The position numbers and the translations under genes were made by a program. A DNA stretch of 64,000 bases from Hydrolagus affinis. Its lineage: Eukaryota. The stretch lies in contig JAAILG010000161.1 of assembly GCA_012026655.1 (NCBI GenBank), forward strand, positions 62,001-126,000, read 5' to 3'. Of this stretch, positions 51,530 to 63,328 are shown in pieces (position 1 is the stretch's first letter; each line of letters opens with the position of its first letter). Below the pieces are notes generated by a model. That model ran no database searches and was not told the origin of the DNA. It saw only the letters and a program-made list of their open reading frames with translations.

Positions 51530-51640
51530 CAATTCTGACGAAGGGTCGTGGACCTGAAATGTTTACTCACTTTTCCTTTCTCTATAGATGCTGCCCTGAC
51601 CTGCTGAATGTTCACAGCGATTTCTGTTTTTGTTTTACAG
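51530..51640 (+). mobile_element. Single arm of the same Penelope-type element
   Basis: CTGACGA-A-GGGTC-gtg-GACCT-GAAA-TGTT...gatgctgccctgacctgctga. Confidence 0.65.
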
Positions 51641-52544
51641 TACTGTTCCCAAACACTGTTGAGTTTGAGCCTCATTTTATTCCACAGCAGAGACACACTT
51701 GAAGTAAACCTGATTTTTTTTTCCATATTCAAAGAGATTATTAGCAATCATACGAGCATGAATGCTTGGGATTGATTTTGGAGCAGTAATTAATCCAGGG
51801 CATCTGGAAATTGCAATGGATTAGGATCACAAAGCTCCAGTGATCCTTTTACAGTAGTGGTATTAGATGGTCATCTAACACCACGACTGTAAAACTGGCT
51901 AATTTTACTTTATAGCTTTCAATTTGCAAGGAATTTGATTCTCATTTTGTACAGTTTTCATCATGACCGAGGCTGCTAATGTGCTCAATACCGCATAAGG
52001 GGATTAATAGTGGTGATGGCATTACTGCAAGGCTATTGAATATTGATCTGCAGTTGATTTCCTGGAAATTTTACATTCATTACACTGGGAATCACTATTA
52101 GCTCCAGTTATTCACATGATTTGTAAGTGCCTAAATGTTTGAAAAAATAATTTTCTTCATCTCTCCCAACTGCTCCACTTGTTTCACTGTAAGCAATATT
52201 TGCACAGAGTACTCTTTCACATGTGCTCCTTAGTATTCTTCTGATAGGCATGTAGGTATCCCTTCTACTGTGATTGTAAGCACTTTGGGATGTCTTTCTT
52301 AGGTGAAAGGTACTAAATAAATGTAAATATGTTGGTGTTGAAATTTGGATTTGAAATGTAAACAGAGGAGGTGGTGTTGTCTTGTGAGAGAAGGACGGGT
52401 TTCGATAGGGTGATGTAAAATTAGAAGAAAATACTTGACACAAGTTGAAGCTGCCCACCTCCAAAATGTGTGTTCCTGTGTGTGTGTCTGTGTGTGAGTG
52501 AGAAAACAGAAAATTTGTGAACAGGATTGGTTTAGTTTCACTGT

Positions 52545-52888
52545 TCACACCCTGGCACCTCCCTACCTTTCCAACCTCCTCAATCCCCAATCCACCACCC
52601 AGTGCCAAGTCTCGACTGGGACTGCCTTCCCACTTGACCCTCATTCCCTCCTCTTCACTATTGGAAGTCGCACATTCAGCCACTATGTCCTTAAACTCTG
52701 GAACACTCTCCCTCAATCCATCCGCCTTGGTCCCTTCCTCACTTTTTTCGAGTTCTGCCTGAAAACCTTCCTTTTCGACAATGCATATAGTCACCCCACC
52801 CCCACCCGCCTGGAGTCAGGCTCTGCCACTGTTAAGCACTCTGAGACACTACCCAGCCCGAAGGGCACTATATAAGTGCAAGTTGTTT
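52545..52888 (+). mobile_element. L2 3' fragment
   Basis: LAPPYLSNLL...GSRTFSHYVLKLWNTLP...LKTFLF and tail agggcactatataagtgcaagttgtt. Confidence 0.85.
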
Positions 52889-53011
52889 TTGTTTGGATCA
52901 GCCTTCGAGGGGGATTGTTTGACAGTCTTTCTTCATTTATTGCTTTCTTACGTTTAGAGTGCAACATGAACAAATTGGTGCACAGATTGGTGAGTTTTTA
53001 TGTTTTCTTAG

Positions 53012-53176
53012 GATTCTCTTCTGGACGGACTGGGATTCTAACTTTCCGCGAATTGAAGCTGCTTCAATGAGTGGGGCAGGAAGGAGGACAGTTCACAAAG
53101 CTCTGGGAACTGGTGGATGGCTTAACGGACTGACAGTGGATTACCTTGAGAACAGAATTGTGTGGATTGATGCCAT
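53012..53176 (+). CDS. LRP1B: LRP1B-like exon (~26): YWTD repeats
   Basis: ttcttag| ... |gtaaga, phase 2-2. Translates [54 protein letters not shown]. Confidence 0.94.
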
Positions 53177-54199
53177 GTAAGAGTATTTACTATTTCTGTT
53201 TTGTAGAGGTTAGGATTTCATTCTGAAATGCATGTGAAACTTATTACTGTCCCTCACCTTAATTACTTATTATTATTTAACAATCATTTTAACTGTGGCT
53301 TTATTTAAAAAAAACAGTTTTTGAACATTTTGTTTTTTTATTGTATTCTTGCAAAGAATAAAGAACAGGTTTATTGAAGTTATGATGAACTTCAATAGTG
53401 TAAACTTGCCTCTTTTGGGTGGTCAACATATATTGATCATTCATAGGAGATTGTCAGGATATGTTCTCTTTAGTCTCAATTTCCCATTTGCAAAGTTGTA
53501 AATTCAGAGGAAGCCTAGGTTTACAGGTACACAGCACATCTAGCTGGTATTAATTTCTCATGAAATTAATTCCATGAGAATACAATATGTATATAGATAA
53601 CCTGTTTTCCTGTTATTATTCAAATAATTCCATACTTGCAATAAAAATAGCAAATGAGCTTCTCTAAACTAGTCCAGGGATAATCTTTCCATTCTTAGTC
53701 CAATAAAAAAAATTATCTAAAAGAGGAAGTGAGGACAAATTGACTATATTTCCTACAGTTAATTCTCAAAGTAGAAACAATTCTCTTTTCTGCTGACAAA
53801 GAACCAAAGCCGCACTATTCAACTGGAACAATCCTCCACCTTGCAGGCAGCAGACATTTCTATCTGGGTTAAAGCTTTCTAGTTTGAGAGAAGATTCTCT
53901 GAGAGAGCAAAAAGGAAGGCCTATTTACATGACAAGCATTAAAAAGTCAGCAAAAAATCACTCTGCCACAGTCAAGGATCCCCAGTGATCCAGACTTCCA
54001 GAACATTTTCTCTCTCATATTGACGATCCACATTAGGTTTCTATATAAATTACTTCTGAACATGAAGGAGAAACCATTATCCAGAAAAAAAGTGCAAATG
54101 AACAGGAAACAATTAGAACATTTCAGTTACTATTAAATCACAGACTAGTCTACTTAAAGCAGTTGTCCATATTCTATTAGTAACTGATTTGACCTTGAT

Positions 54200-54410
54200 A
54201 AATGAGCTCCTTGCAATCTCTTAGCCTTGCCCCCTCTCCCCCTCTTTAAGTCCCAACTGAAAATCTTCCTCTTTGACCATGCTTACGGCTGCCTCCCTCC
54301 AACTCTCCCCCATCGCGGAGTCAGGCTCTGTCACAATCTCTACCATCCAAACATTCTTGGATGTTACCTGGCATAGAGGGCGCTACATACATGCAAGATG
54401 TTGTTGTTGT
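54200..54410 (+). mobile_element. L2 3' end
   Basis: ctgaaaatcttcctctttgacc...gagggcgctacatacatgcaagatgttgttgttg. Confidence 0.7.
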
Positions 54411-54464
54411 AATCAACGTCTAATGCTATTCATATGCTATTTATATGCATATATCAGAGACCTG

Positions 54465-54718
54465 AAGATCAGTGGTTAGAGCACTCGTCTTCCAAGCAAG
54501 AGACCTGGGTTCTATTCCTGGCAGGGTGAAATCTTGGCCAAGTTTCCTTTCTCCACACACCTGATAATAATCCCTCAAGGAAAAAAAACAATTTGGTCAC
54601 TCAATCCTCGCCTGTTTGTAGGACACTGCTGTGCATAATTGGCTGCTGCATATCGCCCACAAGTATACAGTCAATTCAATTTACAGTGAAGTGTTTTGAG
54701 ATGTCTAGATGTGAAAAA
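54465..54718 (+). mobile_element. tRNA-derived SINE
   Basis: cagtggttagagcactcg...caagtttcctt...ggacactgctgtgcataattggctgc...gatgtgaaaa. Confidence 0.82.
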
Positions 54719-54719
54719 C

Positions 54720-55410
54720 TTCTGCCCTGTGTACAGAGACATCACCTGTGAAAATCACAGACAATGTCCTTTCTATCTATGACCAGGGCTCCCTCTGCCT
54801 TCTCATCCTACTGTTGACACAGTTGATCGCGCCATCCTCCTCCACCGCCTGTCCTCCATCATCCAACTCAGTGGGACTGCACTCACTTGGTTTGAGTCCT
54901 AGCCCACAAAGAGCAAAGCAATACATCTCTGCTCATGGTTTTTCTTCTCATTTATGCCCGATCTTCTGCAGGCACCCTTAGGATCCATCCATGGCTCCCT
55001 TCTCCTCCTCATTTGCATGCTCCCTCTCAATGATGTCATCTACCTGTTAACTTTTACTTGTATGAGGATGATACCCAACTTCACTTTTCCACCTCCAATT
55101 GCAATCCTCAGTCTCCTGATATTCTGTCAGCTTGTCTGTCAGACATCAAGAGCTGGATGAGTGTAAATTTGCTGCAGTTAAACATCAACAAGAGGGAAGC
55201 CATACTCTTTGGCTCCCATTGATGTCTTACGTCCCACGATTCCAAACTCCTTAGCCTACCCAACCTGTCCTTAAAACTCTCCAAACCCATGCGCAACTTA
55301 GGCGTCAGGATTGATCCCCATTTATCCTTCTTCCCACATATCTGATACCCGCTTTCTTCCATCTCGGCCACGTTGCCCATCCCCATTAATACCTCACCGC
55401 AAAAGCTCAT
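54720..55410 (+). mobile_element. L2 RT-region fragment, decayed
   Basis: Remnants of YADDTQL (tatgaggatgatacccaact), CLSDIKSWM and RNLGV. Confidence 0.8.
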
Positions 55411-55544
55411 CTAATGTTAATCAAGACTGATTGAGTCGCTCTAGATTAATTTCCACCTGGAGAGAAATAGTATGTTTGTACAGTTCAACTTGATGGGTCT
55501 TCAAGCGAATAAAGCCAAACTCATTAAATTATTCCTTAATGACA

Positions 55545-55770
55545 GCCAGGCTCAGTTGGTCACACTCCAATATAGAAGATTGTAGATTCAAATCCTACGT
55601 CAGGACTTTGAGTTCTTTTTGAGTTCAGTCTATGCTACCAGTCCAAAGAAATGTGTGCAGTTGCTACTTTTTGGAGAGTACCAATTTTAAGATGAGATCT
55701 TAAAGCGAGGTCCCATCTTTTTTACAGTCTTAACAGAAAAACTCTACGATACTACTTTGAGATGTTTGGT
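55545..55770 (+). mobile_element. Old Deu-domain SINE relic
   Basis: ggctcagttggt..gattcaaatcc..ggacttt; agatgagatcttaaagcgaggtccc. Confidence 0.4.
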
Positions 55771-55935
55771 GCTTGGTGCTATGTCAAATGTACGGGTTTA
55801 CATTAATTGTGACAATGTTCATTTTTATATCAAAATGCATGACATGAGACCACCATTCCCTTGGAAATGTAACTGCCTTTCTAAAAACAATTATTTTCTT
55901 CTTTATTTCTTCACTTCTTGCTTCCCTTAATGTAG

Positions 55936-56180
55936 GTCTGATGGTATTTATTCAGCTTTATATGATGGCAGTGAATTGATCGAAGTCTTGCGTGGTCATG
56001 AATACCTTTCCCATCCTTTCGCTGTAACGTTATTTGGAGGTGATGTTTATTGGACCGACTGGAAGACTAACACCCTGCTAAAAGCCAACAAATGGACAGG
56101 CCAAAATGTCACCGTAGTACAGAGAACCAGTGCACGTCCATACGACATACAGATTTACCATCAAACCAGGCAGCCACAAG
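55936..56180 (+). CDS. LRP1B: LRP1B-like exon (~27): end of YWTD propeller
   Basis: atgtag| ... |gtaaat, phase 2-1. Translates [81 protein letters not shown]. Confidence 0.94.
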
Positions 56181-58457
56181 GTAAATAGCTCTTAGCAGTG
56201 AGAATTACACATCTGTTCAATGTGGTATAGAATTTTCTCTTTAATGCTGATATGATGAGTGTGATAATTCCAATGTTGTTGGTCCAATGAGTGTATTATC
56301 TATGAGACACAATGTGCTTTGTGCTTTAAATCCTTGCTAACCTACCATTTTGGAAATGCAATTACTTTTCTATATTCTACAGCCTACACTCACATCTTCC
56401 AACAAGATGCACCCAAAGCAATGGTATGATGGTCTTCAACATAAATAGAAGGAAGAAATCATTCATTGACCAAAATCAATACAAATTGATATTACCCTAT
56501 CCCTACTTAGTGGTGCTGGTCCAGCATCTTGGGAAATTACACTATGAGCTGGTGGATTCATAGATCTCTGTGCAGTAAGATAACATGGGGCAATACATTC
56601 TGGGTGCTTTGGTTTCCTTCAATACACAGTGCATCATTGTGGTTGAACAGATAAATATCCAATTCAATATATATCCTGTACACATGTGGTATTTCCCCTG
56701 TATTCCAGTCGGATATGAAGCATCTTACTTCCATGATTATAAACCAAGTAGATGTAAGGGAGGTATGTGGATTAATACATCACCTTAATACTAGCCAAGT
56801 AGCTATGTCAACATTAAACCATTGTGAAGTTTTCTGTTTGAATATAAAATAAACCAGGCTAGTCATTATAGCCTCAGTGTTGTTCAAATACTTCCTCAGA
56901 ATGCGATGGTGTGTATTTGACCTGTTATTTCTGCAAATACAGCAAATGTTTTTGATCGGCTATCATCTTTTTGAAGAAAACAAACTTTCGCCATACGTTA
57001 ACACTGCATTATTTTTTCCAACTAGTTCCCATTAATCTTTTTTTTAACAAGATAATAGGTCACCGCTCATGGGTTGGCTCATTATAAAGGAACTTTATTC
57101 CGGATGAAATGTTACGTTGTTGAATTTTAATAACCTAAACATACAGACTTACATTTATTAAACATAATATTATTGAAAGTTTTGCATGTTTCATGTGTGC
57201 TATTAAAGGAAAAGTAATTACAGTACTAAAGTAGCAGAGGATTAATAGCTGGAGAGTGAGAACTAATTGTGTGTTTCAGCTGATGATGTTAAAAAAAAGG
57301 CACGGAAATGGCATAATAGCATTGCCCTGGAGACCGCAGGCATTAATGATTGAATTCTCATTCCTTTCACTTTTTTTTATTAATAGTGTCCAATTTGACA
57401 CTATTTCAATTGCAATCTTTGAAGGATCTGGACAACCTTCAGATAATCTAAGAATCTAAGGGGTTCAGGTGAAAGACTGCTAGAAAGATGGAAATACTCA
57501 ATTTTATTTTCCAATAATGCAATGGGATATTTAATAACACCCTAAACAGACAGAGAGAATCTAACATGAATTTAACATTTCTCCTCCTTGTTAAAGCACT
57601 CTCCCAGAACTGAAGGAGTGCTGCATTGCCTCAAAAGAAATCTTCAAGATAATCTGACATCTTAATGGATCTTTGCCTAGTACTGAACTATAGATAACCC
57701 CAATTACCAATAACATTATTTTTTAAGTAATCAACGAAAATTGAGCTATATGTTTAAATTAAATACAATGATGTGTATGCCTTTAACAGTTTCATTGCAC
57801 ATTCCTGTGGCCTTTTATTTATAATACATATTCCTAAGAGTTTATTATATTTTCTGTAAATATCAGATACCTGGCTGAGCACCCCCTCAAAAAAAATTAT
57901 ATTAAAAAAAGTTATGTTTTGGGGATTACTCAAATGATTGACTCTGAATATATAAGTGAGTTACTTACACTAATTATAAATTTGTAATACTGTATATTGT
58001 AATGTAAAACTACAGTGAGGAAAAATACATTTCAAGTGTATGTACTGTATTTGCATTTGTTCACGTTTTCATTCCTCGGATTGGGGTCAATTTCAAACGT
58101 GATTCTTTTATTAATGAAATTGCCACTATCTCAAAATTAATATCAAAGCCTTAAGCCATATTTTTAATAAAGTAGAAAAAGCTTCACATTATCACACAAT
58201 ATAACCCAACATGTTTTTAAAGCCTGAAAATAGGCTATGTGTTTTGTAATATGTCTCAGTGTTGTGATACCTAGAAATACACTTGTTGTTTTATTCTTGT
58301 GATCAATAGAAGATGGGCAGCAACATGAAGTTTCATGTCCACAGATCACAAATCCAATAATGTGGATTAATGTGGTAATTCCTGTGAACAATAGGGAAAC
58401 AGAAGGAATTTAAAATAACTTTACTCACTCAACTGTGTGGGTGTCAGTTGGAGACAC

Positions 58458-58728
58458 TAATAATCCTTGCATTTGATATACCGCTGTATCATGTATTCTA
58501 GACCTCTCAAAGCGCTTCACAGGATCATGAATTGACCATATGGTTGTGGGCAAAACTCAGCAGACAATTGCACATAGCAGTATCCCACAAACATACTTTT
58601 ATTATTGTTTATTTTTTCTTGAGAAATCACTATCAGGTGTGTAGAATAAGGAAACTTGCCCAAGGTTTCGCTCTGCCTGGAATTGAACCCTTGTCACTCG
58701 TTTGCAAGGTGCTGAGCTACAGGACTCC
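58458..58728 (-). mobile_element. tRNA-derived SINE, antisense
   Basis: taataatccttgcatttgatata ... ctgagctacaggactcc. Confidence 0.85.
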
Positions 58729-58862
58729 ACAATTTACCGATACACTTGCCTGTAGGGCAGAAAACAGAGGGTTCAAGCTCCACATGTGTTAGTCCAGACT
58801 GACAATCTATTCCAATACTGCATTGATGGAGTTGCTTCAATCATGCTTTAACTGTAGATTTA

Positions 58863-59399
58863 ATCATAGAATCGTAGAATCTTACGGTACAAAAGGAGGC
58901 CATTTGGCCAATCGAGTCTATGCTGGATCTTTGAAAAGAGCAATTCAATCCCCAGCTTTCTCCCCATAACCGCGCAAACCCATCCTGCCCAAATGAACGT
59001 CTACCTCTCTTTTAAAAGTTGTTATTGAATCGGCCTCCACCACCTTTTCAGGCAATGCATTCCAGATTCGAACAACTCGCTGAGTGAAAACATTTCTCCT
59101 CACCTCCACTCTGCTTCTTTTAGAAACTATTTTAAATCTGTGACCTCGGGTCACTGACACACCAGTGGAAACAGTTTTTCCCTGTTTACCCTATCGAATC
59201 CCCTCATGATCTTGAAAACCTCTATTAAGTCTTCTCGTAACCTTCTCTGCTCCAATGAAAATAAACCTAGCCTCTCTAGCTTTTCCTCATACCAGAAGTC
59301 CCTCATTCCTGATACCATCCCGGTGAATCTCCTCTGCACCCTTTCCAATACCTTATCATCCTTCCCAAATTGTGGTGACCAGAATTGAACACAATACTC
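58863..59399 (-). mobile_element. CR1 LINE 3' end (ORF2 C-terminus + 3' UTR)
   Basis: ERVQRRFT..LGLFSLEQRRLREDLIEVFKIM and RGHRFKI..FTQRVVRIWNALP; (attctatg)-type tail. Confidence 0.92.
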
Positions 59400-59461
59400 T
59401 TTGGGACGTCCTCCCGACGTGAAAGGCCCTATATAAATGCAATTTTGTTGTTGTTGTTGTT
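59400..59461 (+). mobile_element. L2 tail-only insertion
   Basis: ttgggacgtcctcccgacgtgaaaggccctatataaatgcaatttt(gtt)n. Confidence 0.8.
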
Positions 59462-59464
59462 ACA

Positions 59465-59522
59465 CTGTTATTTTGCCAGTCTATGTTGGGATAATTGAAG
59501 TCCGCCATTATCATTATTCTAT
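59465..59522 (-). mobile_element. CR1 endonuclease-domain fragment
   Basis: The minus strand translates IMIMADFNYPNIDWQN, matching the CR1 APE motif GDFNYPxIDW. Confidence 0.6.
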
Positions 59523-59679
59523 TAATATATTCCTTTGAATTACAATGATCAGTGGAAGCAATGACAATTTTAATTTACATAACATTGTTCATATGCCTTT
59601 CCTCTCCAAGGACTTGCCTACATGATTTTATAATATACAATATCTATATAAATTATGAACATTTTCAGATAATCTTGGA

Positions 59680-60925
59680 GGTCAAGGACAACCTCAGGCT
59701 TCTCTTATCCACCACCAACTTGCTCCTCTGCTTACCCTTTCAGTTCTTACCCAACCTCTCCTCTAACACCAACTGTGAGGAGATGCTGGACTTCCTTGAG
59801 ACCAAAATCACCTTGGTCTTCACCTCCTTTCTCATCACCTCATGACCCATATGAAGCCCACCACCTGCTCAACCGACCCATCTCCTTAGCTAGCAGCTCC
59901 CCCTCATTGCCCCTCACACATAGATCATAAACCTCTCCTTATCCAGTGGCAGAGTTTTCACCCTCCCTTCAAAAACAGTTATCATCACCTCCATCCTCAA
60001 AAACCTTTCCTGGACCCAACCTGCTCTCCAACTACCACCCTATCCCCAACATCCATTTCCTTTCCAAGGCCCTGGAATGAGTCTTTGCTTCCCAGCTTTT
60101 CTCCTTCTCACAGCACAGAAACATCAATTGGTCAAAGTGCCAGATGACATTTTGTCCTTGTGTGACCAAAGCTCCCTCTGTCTCCTTGCCCTACCTGACC
60201 CCTCTGCTGCCATTGACACTGTTGACTACTCTATTCTCCTCCATTGCCTCTCCTTTCACCTCAATCTTTGTGGTCCTGTCCTTGACTGATTCAGATTGTA
60301 CCTTTCACACCATGTCCACTTCATCTCCACAATGGTTTCTCCTCCTGCCCCCACATCGCCTCATGCAACATTCCTCAGGGCTCTGTCCTTGGTACATGTA
60401 CATCATCCACAAATATGGAGTCAACTTACACATTTACGTGGTTGACATACAACTGTATCTCTCTGCCTCTACTCTCATACCCAGGACCACTGCTGTCCTG
60501 ACAAATGTCTGTCAGACATCAAATCCTGGATAAGAGCTAACATCAGTTTAACGTCAACAGGACTGAGGCTCTCCTGATTGTCTCCCATCAATAGTGTTCA
60601 AAATCTTTGTCCTCACCTTCAAAGCCCACAGCTTTGCTCTTACCTACCTCTGCTACCTGCTAACACCATGTCAACCTGTCCACTCCCTCCACTCGGCAGG
60701 CTTTGCCCTGCTCCATGCCCAACCCTTTGGAACTTCATCCCAAATTGCTTTGCTCACTCCCTTGCCTCTTTCAAGGCATGTCTCAAGACCCAGCCCTTCA
60801 ACCCCACCTTTCAGCTACCCTCCTACCCCTACCCCCTGATCCCAATCTTCTCAAGTTCAAATCCCTGACTGTCCAACGCCCTGGTCCTCCCGACTCAAAA
60901 GGCGCTATGTAAGTATAATTTGTTA
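59680..60925 (+). mobile_element. L2 LINE fragment, decayed (RT to 3' end)
   Basis: NYHPIPN, DPSAAIDTVDYSILL, YVVDIQLY remnants and tail aaaggcgctatgtaagtataatttgtt. Confidence 0.85.
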
Positions 60926-62504
60926 TTCAATTCCCAAAACAGTTATTGGCATATAAATCGTTTGCAACAAACAGAACTGTTGCAAATTTTTTTAAAAAAC
61001 AAATTAGGCAAGAATAGACAATTTTAGCCGGATAAATTCAACATATGATTCAAACAAATTCAAAATAGATTTTTGCTTTAAACTGTAGAATTCCTTTTCC
61101 AGACATGTAATCAAATATTGGAGCAGACACCTTGGAATACAATGAAATTTCTAGAAAATGACACACAGGCTTAAATGTTTTGCTCTTTGACACATGTGGC
61201 TAATCCAAAATAGCATGTATTCTGATTCCTAAAAATATTAACTGAATCGTCTATGGAGATGGATCACGTAAAACATGTTAGAATATGCTCCAACCCTTGG
61301 ATTGGAGAAACCATTGCTAGTATTGTTACAAGTATCTTGGTAAAGATCATCTCTGTCAAGGATTTAGCTTGGATTCTTCAAGATACGTGTTGCTCAACAT
61401 CACCATGGTTGATGTAGTGTAACTTAATCTGTTGAGGAAACACATCAAATATTTAACAATAAAAATAACTCATCGTTTACCCACATCCAGATTAATTAAA
61501 CAAAAAAGCCCAATTTTAACAACACGTTCAGTCACCAGAAGTCCCCGTTAGAATCTGGAGAAAATCAGTTGGAATAATTATGTAAACATGATTGCAGGTT
61601 TAACAGATATGCTGAAATGCAATTCACAATACTTATCATCTCTGCCATCAAAATAAAACAAATCAAAACTGAAAGCTGAACTCTGTAATCTAATGAATTG
61701 AAATTAAAATTAATGCCAACAATGATGTGGATTAGAAAACATGAAACACTGTTTGTGCTGTGTTTCCCTATAGGGTCCGCTATTATTTGTTCAATTGGAT
61801 TTTGTCAGTTTTGTGTCAGATTTTCCAGGGACACCCATCTAACCAGCATGAAAGTAGTCATAATTTTTATAAATCTCCAAGGATAAAATTCATGCAGATT
61901 GTAACAGTTATTTGCCCGTATCCCCGCTCAACATAAATTATGAAAAATATAATGTCATATTTGAGAATGAAAGCCTTTCTGTAATCTAATCTTGGAATTT
62001 AAATATTATAATAAACAGTGAGAGTTGTGTTAAATTGTCAACCTCAACCTGATCTCATGATTGGATCATGTCATTCATGTGTTTTAGGATGTTAACTATT
62101 TGAACTGTATGGAGTAATTGTGTGCTAACAAGTACAGCAGTGTGCAATTTGATTGCCAATGCATTCCATGTCACTGAAGCCTAATTACATTAAATGAAAA
62201 AATGAGTAATTCTGATGTGCAAACCTTTGGGGAATAATTTGTGGATTATAGCTATTAAGCACTATAATGAGGGTAACATTTTAGCCAATTCTTATTTACC
62301 AGATTAAGAAAAAAGGTCCCTGTGGTTTCTTAATAAAGATGAAACTGGTTATGCTAAAGATGGGTAGCTATGTTATAATACAAGGCTCTACGAGATGAAC
62401 TCAGCACGTGTTCTCTTTTGAGCTACTTATAAAAGTTGATCAACAGGTTATATATTTTTAGGGATTACAATAATTTAAACTTGATGTGATGCATTCACAT
62501 GATA

Positions 62505-62832
62505 TAATGTGTCTGCTCTCTCCTCTCAGCCCGCTTCAGGTCCCCCCCGCCCGGCTAGACCTGCCATCAGCAGTTGGGCATTCAGCCTTTCTGCTCCCAC
62601 CCTTTGGCACTCCATCCCACATTTCTTTCGCCTTACTCCTTCATTGTCTCCTTCAAGGCATATCTCAATACTCTCCTTTTCGACCATGCCTTTGGTCACC
62701 CTCATAACCTCTTTACCTTCCAACCTGCCTGATCCCGAACCCCAACCCGGGTCCTTATCCCTGTCTCACCAGCACCGTGGGGTGTCCTCCCGATGTGAAA
62801 GGAATTATACGAATGTAATTTTGTATTGTGTT
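62505..62832 (+). mobile_element. L2 3' fragment
   Basis: WAFSLSAPTLWHSIP and tail gtcctcccgatgtgaaagg..aatgtaattttgt. Confidence 0.8.
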
Positions 62833-62842
62833 GTGGCTAATA

Positions 62843-63328
62843 CACTTAGTCTTCACTTAACGCCATAGTTGTGTTTGCGAAAAGCACAACTTATCAAGCA
62901 CAAATAATCGCTCAAAAAAACCCACAATAATAAAATTGGTCATTTCAATCCACGACTGTTTGTGGGACACTGCTGTGCGCAGTTGGCTGCCGTGATTCGC
63001 CCACAAATATACAGTCAATTCACTTTACAGTATATTCTGTGAAGCACTTTGAGACGTCGATAAGATGTGAAAAACGCTATATCAAATGCAAGGATTATTA
63101 TTATTATATTATAACTTTAAGCGAAAACAATGTTAAGCGAACCCGCGCAAGAATACAGGACATTCAGAGTCTATGTATGCCTACGCTACTCAAAGTAGTT
63201 TGTTTCCATCCGTGCGAATGATGTAATAGTGAATGTCGTGACGTTAAATGGATATATGTTCCCCTATGTATTAGCAACGTAATAACTAAACAACATTGAT
63301 CAAAGCAACGTTAAGCGAGGTCTACCTG
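62843..63328. mobile_element. Tigger/pogo-like MITE interrupted by a SINE
   Basis: Imperfect TIRs cacttagtcttcacttaacg and cgttaagcgaggtctacctg (15/20 match in reverse complement). TA on the left, CA on the right. Confidence 0.55.
62895..63106 (+). mobile_element. SINE body and tail (headless), young
   Basis: aataataaaattggtcatttcaatccacgactgtttgtgggacactgctgtgcgc...gcaagg(att)n; CpGs retained. Confidence 0.85.

Larger units (their letters stand above)
4554..56180 (+). other. LRP1B: Internal portion (13 coding exons) of an LRP1B/LRP1-family gene; the gene extends beyond both window ends
   Basis: Exons of 123, 141, 126, 117, 81, 168, 183, 201, 246, 198, 205, 165 and 245 nt join in frame through canonical AG/GT sites. 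Domain order is EGF, 8 LDLa repeats, EGF, EGF, YWTD propeller. LRP1B-type motifs: [52 protein letters not shown]. Confidence 0.85.

Noticed and set aside
52108-52794. 228-aa antisense ORF
   Set aside because: It runs through the antisense of an L2 fragment and a (TG) tract, with no recognisable domain.
52981-53011. Strong donor-like GTGAGT (52990) just upstream of the exon-26 acceptor, suggesting a micro-exon
   Set aside because: The implied intron would be 22 nt, too short to splice, and the flanking exons already join in frame.
4554-56180. Pseudogene status of the LRP1B-like gene
   Set aside because: All 13 exons have GT-AG sites, compatible phases, conserved cysteines and no stops.
730-62832. 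Apparent excess of sense-oriented L2 fragments
   Set aside because: A rough by-eye tally shows only a modest skew with small numbers; it is not supportable without a full annotation.
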